A DNA stretch of 64,000 bases from a phage. The DNA is taken from the sequence record PZ445440.1, one strand, 5' to 3'. Below, piece after piece: positions 35,301-45,442 of the stretch (position 1 is its first letter; the number at the start of each line of letters is the position of its first letter). The notes beneath the pieces were generated by a model, which saw only the letters and a program-made list of their open reading frames with translations, searched no databases and was not told the DNA's origin. The position numbers and the translations under genes were made by a program.

Positions 35301-38012
35301 TCAAAAATCAAACATATCGAACAGAGATGCTTTCTTCTCGTAATCGAGTTTCGCTGCTGATGTGAATCCTTCAAGTGGTTTAATAAATGTCTTCTCAAGG
35401 AGAACAGTGTAGTCCATCCAATGAAGTACATCATCTTTGATTAAATCAGTGATTTCCGTACCAGAAGGCCATGCGATACATTTATCACCGAACGGGTTTC
35501 CATCACGTAAAGGCAGAACGTATACCTTTTCGCCTTCTACAACTTGTGGAGCATCAATATTACCTTTGATAGCTCGGTTATATGTCAGAATTCCACGAAT
35601 ATGGAATGGGCATTTAGGTCCTGGATATCCACCTACATCATATTTAGCAATGTTATTCGCAGAAGATACCGACGCGATGCTAATATAATTCAATTGACGG
35701 AATTCTTTTTCAAACTCTTTAAAATATTCTTGTAATGATTCTTCACCTTCTTGAAGCATACGACGAATACATTCTTTAAGAGCTTTCTGTACTGCTTTAG
35801 GGGTCGAAGATTTCTGAGTTTCTAGACCCATGATTTTGAGTTTAGGCTCAGCGTAACGAGTACCTTCCATATCCCACACGTTTAATGCATAACGTTTCTT
35901 ACCAGTCCAGAATCCACCAATACCTTTAGAACCGAGCGGAGGACCAGCGATAGCTTCTCGGTCCATGAACATTAAGTGTTGTTTATTGTTCATGTATTCA
36001 CACATTTCACGGAAACCTCTATCAATAGCAGGTTCCATACGTTCACGTGCAAACTTATCTAAGAAGTCTACCCAATGGTTGGTATCACGGAATTTAGATT
36101 CACCAACCTTATCGATAATTTTATCAGCAGATACGTAAATAGAGTCGGTATCACCATAAAGAACGAAAGCTTCACCTTCTGTACCACAAACTTCATTCAG
36201 ATATTCATTAACTTTACGTTCAATCCACTGTAAAGCCATTTGCCCAAATGTTGTGATTGCAGTAGCATTACGCAAATCATAATAACGGAACCAAACGTTT
36301 CCAAGTGCACCATAAAGTGAGTTGATAAGCAATTTACGGTTAATTTGTGCAGTCATACCTGCAACTTCAGTACGTTGAGCTCTAAACAACATTTCATTAA
36401 GAGATTTAGCAGACAACTTTTTAATCTTTTCTTTAATCTCATCACTGAAGTCGAAACGATAATCAACATCTAATGGTTCGTCAACAGAAAGATTAGGATT
36501 ATGCAATGCCTCTTTAATTATTTCACCATTACGTTGAGCTGCAAGCATGTAACCTTTATGTTCTTTACGTTGATTAAAGACCTTAGTGATTTCAGTTGGA
36601 ACTACACCATCACGGTCTTTATAATACATCATGCCGTTAGGAGAGCAACTGTACACATCTGAAGGACGTTCAGCGATTGCGTTAATATAATCATGCAGTG
36701 GAGCTACTTTAAACGTTCCTGCTATTGTTTCCGGGCTAATATTCACTTGGCGAATAATACTTGGATACAGAGATGTAAGGTCGAAACTCATTACATATTT
36801 GTATCGATTTGGAATAGGTTCCTTAACAAAAGCGCCAGGATAAGGTTGAACCGGATGAGAACGACCTTGTGGAATCACCTTGTTCTGCTCTTTAAGGCTA
36901 TTAAAAATAATAGCATCCCATGTTTTAATTGGGCTAAACACAGATTGAATCTGTATCTTAGCATAATAACCCATGTCCAAACTCAAGTTGATGAACTGAC
37001 GCTTAGCATCAATTTGCAATACACGATACACGTCGATAATGTTATAAGAAATATATCGTTGGTGATTGCTTTCACGAAGCTTAGAAATAGGGCCGTCATA
37101 TTTCAGTTTACCGACGTTCAATTCAAATTCTGAAATGTAATCCAGAGAATACGACGGTTGATTGGTAAAAGAGAATTTTTTGTAAAGGTCAATGTAATCA
37201 AGAACAGAGATACCGAACAATGTAATGATTTCACGAGAACCATACATGTTTTCGATAACTTTAACACGAGTTTTACGATGTGGTGATAAACGTTTCGCAG
37301 TAGATTCGCCAAAAATATTCTTGATTCTGTTATACACATATGGAATATCAAATGACTCAACGTTCCATCCAGTCAAAATGACAGGAGTTTTCTGTTGCCA
37401 GAAGTTGAGATATTCCATCAACAATTCTTTTTCGTTATCGAACGGCATATAAACAATTTTGTCGATAATTTCGGATGGAACTTCATCACCGCCTTGTTCT
37501 TGAAGCTTAGCAGCGATTTCAATAGACCATTCTTCTACATTACCATATGGAGAATTCAATAGATCAAATACGTAGAACCTGTCGTCAATTGAGTCATAAT
37601 GGGTGATAGCATCAATCGGATGTTTTGCTTGTGACGGCTCAGGGAACCCATCCGGAGATGTTACTTCGATGTCGAAGTTAGCCACACGAATTTTTGTATG
37701 GTCGTATTTGATTTCATAGTTATAAGTGTCAGACAAATACGCTAATTTGAAATCGTCCATGCCAAGTGCTTCAAGTCCGATATCTTCCATGCGTTTAATC
37801 CATTGTGAGGCATCACGCATATTAGCGAACAACTTACGAGTACACGGCTTACCGTAGATATCGAAATATTTCGTAGCCTGACTTTCTGGACAATGAGCAA
37901 ACAGTGATGGTTTATATTCTACTTCACGAGTACGTTCACGGCCATTAGAATCGATGTAACGTTCAAAAATTGAATCACCAATCTGTTCAACCGTTAAGTA
38001 AAATTCTTTCAT
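35301..38012 (-). CDS. 43: DNA polymerase gp43 (family B, 3'-5' exonuclease)
   Basis: 903 aa; exo motifs FDIEV, polymerase motifs DxxSLYPS and YGDTDS; sequence matches the RB69 polymerase from memory. Confidence 0.97.
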   Translation of the reverse strand: MKEFYLTVEQIGDSIFERYIDSNGRERTREVEYKPSLFAHCPESQATKYFDIYGKPCTRKLFANMRDASQWIKRMEDIGLEALGMDDFKLAYLSDTYNYEIKYDHTKIRVANFDIEVTSPDGFPEPSQAKHPIDAITHYDSIDDRFYVFDLLNSPYGNVEEWSIEIAAKLQEQGGDEVPSEIIDKIVYMPFDNEKELLMEYLNFWQQKTPVILTGWNVESFDIPYVYNRIKNIFGESTAKRLSPHRKTRVKVIENMYGSREIITLFGISVLDYIDLYKKFSFTNQPSYSLDYISEFELNVGKLKYDGPISKLRESNHQRYISYNIIDVYRVLQIDAKRQFINLSLDMGYYAKIQIQSVFSPIKTWDAIIFNSLKEQNKVIPQGRSHPVQPYPGAFVKEPIPNRYKYVMSFDLTSLYPSIIRQVNISPETIAGTFKVAPLHDYINAIAERPSDVYSCSPNGMMYYKDRDGVVPTEITKVFNQRKEHKGYMLAAQRNGEIIKEALHNPNLSVDEPLDVDYRFDFSDEIKEKIKKLSAKSLNEMLFRAQRTEVAGMTAQINRKLLINSLYGALGNVWFRYYDLRNATAITTFGQMALQWIERKVNEYLNEVCGTEGEAFVLYGDTDSIYVSADKIIDKVGESKFRDTNHWVDFLDKFARERMEPAIDRGFREMCEYMNNKQHLMFMDREAIAGPPLGSKGIGGFWTGKKRYALNVWDMEGTRYAEPKLKIMGLETQKSSTPKAVQKALKECIRRMLQEGEESLQEYFKEFEKEFRQLNYISIASVSSANNIAKYDVGGYPGPKCPFHIRGILTYNRAIKGNIDAPQVVEGEKVYVLPLRDGNPFGDKCIAWPSGTEITDLIKDDVLHWMDYTVLLEKTFIKPLEGFTSAAKLDYEKKASLFDMFDF

Positions 38013-38045
38013 TTAATTTCCTTTAGACGAGTTATTGTCTTTTGT
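38013..38045 (-). promoter_or_regulatory. candidate gp43 translational operator (RNA hairpin AGAC-AAUAACUC-GUCU adjacent to SD)
   Basis: Minus RNA AAGACAAUAACUCGUCUAAAGGAAAUUAAAUG: 4-bp stem, 8-nt loop, then SD AAGGA and the gp43 AUG. Confidence 0.45.
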
Positions 38046-38072
38046 TTGTTGGATGAACTTATTATACTCCAA

Positions 38073-38090
38073 ATGGGACCGAAGTCCCAT
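38073..38090 (-). terminator. UUCG-tetraloop hairpin between regA and gene 43 (terminator or RNA stability element)
   Basis: Plus atgggac-cgaa-gtcccat, 7-bp stem; weak U-tract; immediately followed (in transcript direction) by a TATAAT box. Confidence 0.35.
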
Positions 38091-38094
38091 TGCT

Positions 38095-38463
38095 TTAATT
38101 ACCAATTGTATATTTTGCTTTCAAAGTCCAGTCATCTTTCTGTTTAAAAGAGATAACACGGAAGTTATTAGTCAGGCTAAATAGATCTTCACGAGCAGAG
38201 TCTTCAATAACAATCAATCCCCAGTCTTCAAGCAACTGGGCAATCGAATCACGTCGCTGATAGTCTTCACCATCGATATCAACTTGACGTCCGTCCATAC
38301 GCAACATTTCTTTAAAGTGGACGATGTAGTATTTACCTTGCTTTTGGAGGATATGACAGGACTGATAAAGAACTTTATCCTTGTTATTAGCGATGCCCAT
38401 ACGGGTCAGAGTCTCTTTGACTTTCAGAAAATCTTCTGGGTTCTTCAATTTAATTTCGATCAT
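38095..38463 (-). CDS. regA: RegA translational repressor
   Basis: 122 aa from MIEIKLKNPEDFLKVKETLTRMGIANNKDKVLYQSCHIL...; matches T4 RegA from memory. Confidence 0.85.
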   Translation of the reverse strand: MIEIKLKNPEDFLKVKETLTRMGIANNKDKVLYQSCHILQKQGKYYIVHFKEMLRMDGRQVDIDGEDYQRRDSIAQLLEDWGLIVIEDSAREDLFSLTNNFRVISFKQKDDWTLKAKYTIGN

Positions 38464-38465
38464 TT

Positions 38466-39029
38466 TTACCATTCCAATGCTAATTTTTTAAATTGTTTTT
38501 GTTCTTTCACATTTTTTGTAACTTCTTTGAGAAACTCATCAGTGACCATTGCCTTCAGTTCTTTAAGGACTATTGGCAGCTTGTTATTTTTTTCAAGGAG
38601 CCGTTTATACTCGGTGGCATCATTCATGTTGATTGTGTAATGTTTCATCAACAGTTTGATAACTAGTAACTCTGAAGTGTCTTCGACTAGTTTAGCCCAT
38701 TTAGAGAATCGTCGACCACGCGGAATTGCCGCCATCATATAGTTGAAGTGCGCTTCATCACTTAATTCAGAACCGACCAAGTTCATCATGTAAACTGCGG
38801 GCATACATTCTGGAAACTGGGACAATGAGTTCTCAACCATAAATTTTGAGTAGTCGACCTGAGCAATTGACATAGATTTCTTTTCATTAATAGCATTAAT
38901 GATTTTAAAGAATTCGTTCTCAGGTTTTTCTTTAAACATGTCAGCACATTTTTGAATCGCATCAGCGTCATTAGACTTCCATGCGATTTGGTGCTCGTTA
39001 AGTTGGACGTCATCATCAAATAAGTTCAT
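38466..39029 (-). CDS. 62: clamp-loader small subunit gp62
   Basis: 187 aa (T4 gp62 187 aa as I recall); immediately downstream of gene 44. Confidence 0.8.
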   Translation of the reverse strand: MNLFDDDVQLNEHQIAWKSNDADAIQKCADMFKEKPENEFFKIINAINEKKSMSIAQVDYSKFMVENSLSQFPECMPAVYMMNLVGSELSDEAHFNYMMAAIPRGRRFSKWAKLVEDTSELLVIKLLMKHYTINMNDATEYKRLLEKNNKLPIVLKELKAMVTDEFLKEVTKNVKEQKQFKKLALEW

Positions 39030-39030
39030 A

Positions 39031-39993
39031 TTATTTCCAAGTCAATTCACAAGTCAATTGAAGAAGCATATACATAACATGTAATTCAATATTACTAGCT
39101 AGCCCATGAAACTTATTATTTTCGCCTGCAATTTCGTAAAGCGAAATAATACTTTTACCAGGTGCAACTTTGTCATAACACTCAGAAACTAATTTATCTA
39201 TGAACCATGAATAATCAGCGGCATATTTTGGAGCTAATGCACGAAGCTGTTTGATATCTTTATTTTTCATTGCTTCTATGACATCATCTACCGTGCCACG
39301 ATCATTGGTTACAATCGACAAAATACCTGCATCAAGAACACCTTTAGACGAGTACTGGTCTAATTGTCCAATTGTACGACGAAAGTCCGGGAAGTTCTTT
39401 TTAACAAGAGCTGCAACAACTTTCATATCAGCGATTTCAATATTTTCGTTCTTACAGATTTCAACCATACGATGAATCATTTTCTTCATCATCGAGATTT
39501 TATCTTCTTCGGTTGGACGTCCGAATTCGATAACTCGACAACGACTACGCAATGGTTCAATAATTCCATCGATGTTGTTAGCAGTAATAATAATAGAACA
39601 GTTACTAGAGAATTCTTCCATGAATGTACGAAGGTGTCGTTGTGATTCAGCAAGGCCACTACGGTCAAATTCATCAATAACAATAACTTTAGGCTTGCCT
39701 TCCATTGAGACTGAACGAGCAAATGCAGTTAACGGGCCGCGTACAAAATCAATCTTACAATCGGAACCGTTGACAAACATCATTTCGGCATTGATATCAT
39801 TACATAATGCTTTTGCTACGGTTGTTTTACCTGTGCCAGGAGAAGGAGAGTGCAAAATAATATGAGGAAGTTTTCCTTTAGATACTAAAGACTTGAATGT
39901 TTCATGGTCATACGCAGGCAGAATACATTCGTCAATGGAAGAAGGACGATATTTCTGTTCTAGAATGTGTTCTTTGGAATTGATAGTAATCAT
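39031..39993 (-). CDS. 44: clamp-loader large subunit gp44 (AAA+ ATPase)
   Basis: 320 aa; Walker [11 protein letters not shown], Walker B VIVIDEFD. Confidence 0.9.
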   Translation of the reverse strand: MITINSKEHILEQKYRPSSIDECILPAYDHETFKSLVSKGKLPHIILHSPSPGTGKTTVAKALCNDINAEMMFVNGSDCKIDFVRGPLTAFARSVSMEGKPKVIVIDEFDRSGLAESQRHLRTFMEEFSSNCSIIITANNIDGIIEPLRSRCRVIEFGRPTEEDKISMMKKMIHRMVEICKNENIEIADMKVVAALVKKNFPDFRRTIGQLDQYSSKGVLDAGILSIVTNDRGTVDDVIEAMKNKDIKQLRALAPKYAADYSWFIDKLVSECYDKVAPGKSIISLYEIAGENNKFHGLASNIELHVMYMLLQLTCELTWK

Positions 39994-40068
39994 GTAATTT
40001 TCCTCATTATCATTAAACTGGAGGATTTCTCCTCCATAATCGTATCACAATAAACGTAAAGCTTTGAC

Positions 40069-40755
40069 TTAGAAGTCGTGGGTAGAATCGGCTTCCATCG
40101 CAATAACATAACTTACTTGAGAGCTTTCAAACTTGGCTGCAACTTTATCACCAGCTCCCCACAACATTACTTTATAGTTACCTGGCTGGATTTTCATATT
40201 AGCCATATTGATTACGAAGTTAAAGTTGTTAGAACCATCATAATCGGTAAGAGTCAAAGAATACTTAGGACGAGTTAGTCCAGAATCTTCAACTTTATTA
40301 TAGCCATTGATAACAATTTTACCATCTTTATTTGTAATAGCAATTGTATCAATCTGAAGACCACGTGAAACTCGAAGCAATTGTTGAAGGTCTTCGGCTT
40401 TAATTTCAGTAATCACAGAAGCCACTGGGAATTGAATTGGCTTATTAGGAAAAACAATGGTGCTCTTGTCAGCGGCAGGCCAATAAACTGTGGAACGTGT
40501 ATCTGCAATTTTAATATTGCCATCAGTGTGCATTGAAATTTCAGCATCATCAGACACTAGACTCAAAATGCTTAAGAAGCTATTCAAATCATAAAGTGCT
40601 ACGTCAAAATCAATTTCATCAGAGATATTTGCTTCCGCATAAGTGGTGCCATTAACTGCACGAGTCATAATAAATTTACCTTGACTCAGCAGAATACCGG
40701 AGTTAATAGAGGCAAAGTTTTTCAGAATAGCGATAGTATCTTTAGACAGTTTCAT
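40069..40755 (-). CDS. 45: sliding clamp gp45
   Basis: 228 aa from MKLSKDTIAILKNFASINSGILL...; matches T4 gp45 from memory. Confidence 0.9.
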   Translation of the reverse strand: MKLSKDTIAILKNFASINSGILLSQGKFIMTRAVNGTTYAEANISDEIDFDVALYDLNSFLSILSLVSDDAEISMHTDGNIKIADTRSTVYWPAADKSTIVFPNKPIQFPVASVITEIKAEDLQQLLRVSRGLQIDTIAITNKDGKIVINGYNKVEDSGLTRPKYSLTLTDYDGSNNFNFVINMANMKIQPGNYKVMLWGAGDKVAAKFESSQVSYVIAMEADSTHDF

Positions 40756-40797
40756 TTTATTTCCTTTCAAGACAATTCAAAGTTTATAACAAATTTA

Positions 40798-41214
40798 TTA
40801 TGCAGCAACCATCTGCTTTTTAATAGCTTCAGGCAGCGATTCAATATATTCTGGAATTTTAGAAGCAACAATTTCGCCAGCTGCAATTAGTTGTTCGTCG
40901 GCATCAACACAGTAAAAATCTTCAAGGCGTTCAGAACCGTCTTTATCAAGAACGATTTTAGCACCTGCTTCGATAGAATCTTTATAGTGCTTACGCATCA
41001 AATGAATCCACATATCAGACACATCGTTATCAATAAAACCATAAATCATAAAACGAGTTTCTTGTGGCAAAGATTGGAGTTTTTTAGCACTTGCGTCATC
41101 ACAATGCAGGACCCATGCTTTACGAACACGATTATGGTTATGTGGGTTAGCGTCAGTACGGATAGAAGTAACTTTCAGATCAGCAGCAGTGAAACCTTTA
41201 GCAGTAGTAAACAT
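40798..41214 (-). CDS. rpbA: RpbA-like RNA polymerase-binding protein by position
   Basis: 138 aa between gene 45 and gene 46 as T4 rpbA; identity not verified. Confidence 0.5.
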   Translation of the reverse strand: MFTTAKGFTAADLKVTSIRTDANPHNHNRVRKAWVLHCDDASAKKLQSLPQETRFMIYGFIDNDVSDMWIHLMRKHYKDSIEAGAKIVLDKDGSERLEDFYCVDADEQLIAAGEIVASKIPEYIESLPEAIKKQMVAA

Positions 41215-41226
41215 ATTATTTCTCTC

Positions 41227-41427
41227 TTATTCGTAGAAGTCGGTAACTGTCCATGCGGAATTGCGATTAGACATTATTTTATTATACTCATCTTTAAAAG
41301 CAGATTTGAGCATTTGTTCAGTAACAATATGTTCTTCACCTGAAAACGTATTGGTCAAAACATATTTTTTAATTTCAGGGACAACGAGAAGATGTTGGCC
41401 GGTTGAATACTCCATGTTGTTCTCCAT
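41227..41427 (-). CDS. hypothetical protein (66 aa)
   Basis: ORF in gene array. Confidence 0.55.
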   Translation of the reverse strand: MENNMEYSTGQHLLVVPEIKKYVLTNTFSGEEHIVTEQMLKSAFKDEYNKIMSNRNSAWTVTDFYE

Positions 41428-41469
41428 TTAATTTGATGTGGTCATTATAACCACATCATGTTAAAGCGT

Positions 41470-43158
41470 TTATGAAACAGTCATTACAGTAAATCGTCCA
41501 ACTTTGCTCATCTGAAGATGTTGTCCATAAGCTTGTGGGTCATGGTCTCTGTGACTAATTATAAACACGTTTGCATTGGTTAGAGAGTTAAGAATTGTTG
41601 AAATAGCTTTAATACCTTCAGAATCAGTCGCGGAATCCATGACTTCGTCCATAATTAATGTATTGATTCTAACACCAGAAACCTTTTCAGCAATATCTCG
41701 CCATGTAAACAACAACGCGATATCGATACGTGCTTTTTCACCTTGACTAAATGAAGCATAACTGAACTCTTCACGACCACGTGATTTTATAGATTCATTG
41801 AATTCTTCGTCAATAGAAAACACGTAATCGGCTTCCATGATTTTAAGATAATGGTTAATCTGCTTATTGAACAAAGGCACGTATTTTTTAATGATAGCAC
41901 CTTTAATACCAGAATCTTTTAACATATCTGTGATAATACCACGGTGGTATTTTTCAAGAACGATGTCTGATTTTGTTTTAATGATTTTATCAAGTTCTTT
42001 TTGAAGCAAAGCTATCTCATCGGCATGGTCGATAAATTCCGCCGAGGCTTGTTCTATTGCAGCTTTAACTTTCTTAGCTTTATCAATAGTGGCAATCATT
42101 GCTTGTTTCTTGGTACGAATATCAGATGCAAGGTCCTGTTTAGTCTTAACATTAGCTCTGTATTCGTCCACTAGGACACTCAGATTATCTCTGTGACATG
42201 TAAGTTGCTCGAATGAGTGATTACATTCGTGAAGCTTATCGGTAATCTTAGAGACAATAGGATCACCCTGGTGCAACTGTGATGCGCAAGTAGGACACGT
42301 ACCGCCATCATGATACATCTTAATAACTTTGTTATATGAGTCGATTTTAGATTTAATCAAGAATGCTTCTTGTCCTATCTTGTTGAATGCCTCAGTAGGG
42401 TCTTCATCAAGAACGATATTAAGTAGTCGCTCATTAGCTTCTTCGATTTCTGCTTTTAATGAACGAGCTTCTTTGGCTAGGTCGTCATACATATTCTGTA
42501 GACGCGCTACATTATCGCCAGATAATTTCTTTTGACGTTCGATATTCTCGTTATAAATCTTAATTTGTTGGATAACACCATCTTTCTTGGCATCGAGAAC
42601 TTGCCCTTGGGAATTAAGTTCTCGAACTTGAGACTTATTGATTTTATCCATTTCAGCGAGTGTGCCAACTTCTAAAAGGTCTTCGACAAGTTTTCTACGA
42701 GCAGGGGTGCTAAGAGCCATGAAAGGGGTATACCCTGCCGTCCCAAGCACAACGATTTGTTTAAAAGACGCGTATGACATTCCGATGCTACGTTCAAATT
42801 CTTCTTGGAAGTCACGACTGCTGGCAGATTCATCGAGACGAACACCGTCAACGGAGATTTCGAAAATATTGGGCTTTTGGCCACGTCTAATGAAGTATTT
42901 TTTATCATCGAATTCCATCCAAAGCTCAACTAAGAGCTCTTTCTTGTTCGTGCTATTAATGATTTGTCCTTTCTTAACATCACGAAATGGTTTACCGAAA
43001 AGTCCGAAAGTAATGGCTTCTAACATCGTAGATTTACCACCGCCATTTTTACCAGTGATTAATGTCTTTTGGACTTTATCTAATTGGATATCAATAGGAT
43101 TCCCACCTACCGACATGATGTTTTGATAACGAACACGATTTAATTTAAATGATTTCAT
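41470..43158 (-). CDS. 46: recombination endonuclease subunit gp46 (Rad50/SbcC-like ATPase)
   Basis: 562 aa; Walker A GKNGGGKST, central coiled coil with CPTC hook, C-terminal signature/D-loop region. Confidence 0.9.
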   Translation of the reverse strand: MKSFKLNRVRYQNIMSVGGNPIDIQLDKVQKTLITGKNGGGKSTMLEAITFGLFGKPFRDVKKGQIINSTNKKELLVELWMEFDDKKYFIRRGQKPNIFEISVDGVRLDESASSRDFQEEFERSIGMSYASFKQIVVLGTAGYTPFMALSTPARRKLVEDLLEVGTLAEMDKINKSQVRELNSQGQVLDAKKDGVIQQIKIYNENIERQKKLSGDNVARLQNMYDDLAKEARSLKAEIEEANERLLNIVLDEDPTEAFNKIGQEAFLIKSKIDSYNKVIKMYHDGGTCPTCASQLHQGDPIVSKITDKLHECNHSFEQLTCHRDNLSVLVDEYRANVKTKQDLASDIRTKKQAMIATIDKAKKVKAAIEQASAEFIDHADEIALLQKELDKIIKTKSDIVLEKYHRGIITDMLKDSGIKGAIIKKYVPLFNKQINHYLKIMEADYVFSIDEEFNESIKSRGREEFSYASFSQGEKARIDIALLFTWRDIAEKVSGVRINTLIMDEVMDSATDSEGIKAISTILNSLTNANVFIISHRDHDPQAYGQHLQMSKVGRFTVMTVS

Positions 43159-43409
43159 ATGTATTCTCTTCGAATGAAGTCCTCTACATATTTTAACATG
43201 TCATCTCTATCAGCAAAATATTCATCTAGTTCTGCATACATAACAACACCTGGTGCGTACTCACAGGTAACATACATTGTTCCAAAGAAACGAGGAGTTG
43301 ATTCCTCGTAATTCTCAGTCCATTCAACGATACCAATATAACCGTCACCAATACTAAATTCATGACGATGGATTTCATAATCAGTCTTCGTCATTATACG
43401 CATCCTCAA
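43155..43409 (-). CDS. hypothetical protein (84 aa)
   Basis: ORF overlapping the gene 46 start by 4 nt. Confidence 0.6.
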   Translation of the reverse strand: MRMRIMTKTDYEIHRHEFSIGDGYIGIVEWTENYEESTPRFFGTMYVTCEYAPGVVMYAELDEYFADRDDMLKYVEDFIRREYI

Positions 43410-43638
43410 TACACGCTTCAGCCATTTTAAGAATAGAGCCGGGAGTATCGTTGTCCATTATATTAAAGCTAAATTCAATAGCCCAGTCGGTGCAGACATG
43501 AACTGCTTTAACTTCATTGCCTTCAACGCGTAATGGCTCAATCCAATACTTGATAGTGTTCTCGAATCCATCATCATCTTTAACGTCTATTTCAACTTCA
43601 AGCCTGAGTCCAGCATTGTTAAATTCATCTAAAGTCAT
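43381..43638 (-). CDS. hypothetical protein (85 aa)
   Basis: ORF in gene array. Confidence 0.55.
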   Translation of the reverse strand: MTLDEFNNAGLRLEVEIDVKDDDGFENTIKYWIEPLRVEGNEVKAVHVCTDWAIEFSFNIMDNDTPGSILKMAEACIEDAYNDED

Positions 43639-44654
43639 TGTGTTGCCTCAATATAAAGTTCGTTGGAATATTTGACCAGCGCTTCTCTGTCTTCGTCTGA
43701 GATATCTGGAATCGCGTCAATATATTCTTTAATGATATCTTGAAGTGATTTAATCTCGATTTCCTGGTCGTCATCAGATTCAACACTGTTATCAACTTTA
43801 GAAACCATACGAAGAGAGTGAACTACTTTTTCAAGTTCAGATTCAAACTTAGTCAACTCTGAATCAATTTCTGATACTATAACACGTACGGCTAGATTGG
43901 TATAATCAGAATAATTGATTTTGCCTTTAAACGGATAAGTGATTCGTCGATGCCATGTTGTTTCATTAGGAATAAATTCCATACGTTCAACATCAGTGTC
44001 AAATACCCAGAATCCACGAGGATCATTCTCATCGCCTGCAGTAAGGGTCCATGGTGTCCCAATATATTTGACGTTAGCAGCTTCAGAGATTGTGTGGAAG
44101 TGGCCAGACCAGACTTGTTTATAGGTCTTTAAGAAATCAGGTTCAAGCCCATGAGACTTCATTCCTTTATAGAAATAAAAACCATTCAGTTCCCAGTGCC
44201 CAACACAATACGCTGCAGAAGAAGTCTTGATGTGCTCTAAGATTTCACCTGTATTTTCTTCACACATCCATGGAACGATATCAATCAGACATCCGTCAAA
44301 ATCTACAGTAGTTGGATGCTCGTAAATAGTAAAGTTTTCAAATTGAGTTAACAATTCAGAAACAGTGTTAGGTGTTATGGTATTCTTAAACGCCATGTCA
44401 TGATTTCCTATCGTGACATGAACGTGAATGCCTGCTTTAGAAATCATATCAACGATTTCACGATTGAATTCCATTGTACGATGTGTTATTGCTTTACGGA
44501 CGTCAAACCAATCACCGTACTGAATCCAAGTTTTAATCCCGTGTTTCTTAGAGTATTCAATTGCTTGACGAATACCATCACGTTGAATATCTTGAACCCA
44601 TGGGTCGTCTTGTTTGACTCCGATATGGAAGTCGCCTAAGTGCAAAATTTTCAT
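43635..44654 (-). CDS. 47: recombination nuclease gp47 (Mre11/SbcD-like phosphoesterase)
   Basis: 339 aa; metallophosphatase motifs LHLGDFH, GDWFD, GNHD, GHFH. Confidence 0.9.
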   Translation of the reverse strand: MKILHLGDFHIGVKQDDPWVQDIQRDGIRQAIEYSKKHGIKTWIQYGDWFDVRKAITHRTMEFNREIVDMISKAGIHVHVTIGNHDMAFKNTITPNTVSELLTQFENFTIYEHPTTVDFDGCLIDIVPWMCEENTGEILEHIKTSSAAYCVGHWELNGFYFYKGMKSHGLEPDFLKTYKQVWSGHFHTISEAANVKYIGTPWTLTAGDENDPRGFWVFDTDVERMEFIPNETTWHRRITYPFKGKINYSDYTNLAVRVIVSEIDSELTKFESELEKVVHSLRMVSKVDNSVESDDDQEIEIKSLQDIIKEYIDAIPDISDEDREALVKYSNELYIEATQ

Positions 44655-44694
44655 ATTATTTCCTCATTAGTTAATTCATTCTATCATCCGTTTA

Positions 44695-44724
44695 TAAAGC
44701 AAAAAAGGAACTCCGAAGAGTTCC
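44695..44724 (-). terminator. intrinsic terminator (GGAACUC-UUCG-GAGUUCC + U6)
   Basis: Plus aaaaaa-ggaactc-cgaa-gagttcc immediately after the stop of the small ORF 44724-44897. Confidence 0.6.
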
Positions 44725-44897
44725 TATCCACATAGTACACCGTACAGAGGCTCATTTGAACTTTTAAATCGAATGGGCTTGTATGTAATAGTTCCTTCGG
44801 CTTTAGCTTTATCATAAGACTCTTTAAAACGTCTCATTCTTTCTGCTTTGCCTTTACGGATTTTATCGAAATTTTCAGAAGTCGGGATGTTCGTCAT
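44724..44897 (-). CDS. small hypothetical protein (57 aa)
   Basis: Hand translation MTNIPTSENFDKIRKGKAERMRRFKESYDKAKAEGTITYKPIRFKSSNEPLYGVLCG; terminator directly after its stop. Confidence 0.45.
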   Translation of the reverse strand: MTNIPTSENFDKIRKGKAERMRRFKESYDKAKAEGTITYKPIRFKSSNEPLYGVLCG

Positions 44898-44936
44898 GCA
44901 TAAGCACCTCTCAGAAAATGCCTAAATCAATTTCTC

Positions 44937-45158
44937 TCATCGTTTCCACCATTTCTTAACTTGAAATGAATCGACCCACACGAGTTGTTTTGGGTCTGCC
45001 TTTACAATAGGCGGACAAATTTCTGTAATAGAACCGTCGTGATATTCCTTTTCAGAAATTTTAACACAAAGAGGACCTCCCAATTTAAGGGTGAACCCTG
45101 CGTTCAGCTTCAGACGTTTAAACTTTATTTGAACTAGCGCCATTAATGATGTCCTCAA
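44937..45158 (-). CDS. hypothetical protein (73 aa)
   Basis: ORF in the slot where T4 has alpha-gt. Confidence 0.5.
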   Translation of the reverse strand: MRTSLMALVQIKFKRLKLNAGFTLKLGGPLCVKISEKEYHDGSITEICPPIVKADPKQLVWVDSFQVKKWWKR

Positions 45159-45441
45159 TAGCCTGACGAGTAGTAACCCACTGGATTTTAATTAACTTGT
45201 CATTGTATGGTTGTCGTAGAATATCCCGAGATTTCTTAATAGCATATTCGTAAGCTTCGAAGTTGTTTTGAATTGCTGCTTCTTGAGCATGAGCATAAAG
45301 ACGGTTTAGTTCAAAACGATTCTTTTTAAGAATCTTTTCGGATTTTTTACGTGCTTCAGCTTCATTTTTCTTTTGGATTTCTTGTAGCATTTTAGCTACT
45401 GCATCTTCTGCTTCTTTATTTTCAATAATCTCGGTAGTCAT
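45118..45441 (-). CDS. hypothetical protein (107 aa)
   Basis: ORF in gene array. Confidence 0.55.
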   Translation of the reverse strand: MTTEIIENKEAEDAVAKMLQEIQKKNEAEARKKSEKILKKNRFELNRLYAHAQEAAIQNNFEAYEYAIKKSRDILRQPYNDKLIKIQWVTTRQAIEDIINGASSNKV

Positions 45442-45442
45442 A

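Noticed and set aside
38091-38097. Plus-strand TGCTTTA resembling a MotA box
   Set aside because: It is on the wrong strand relative to the minus-strand genes and no plus-strand gene follows
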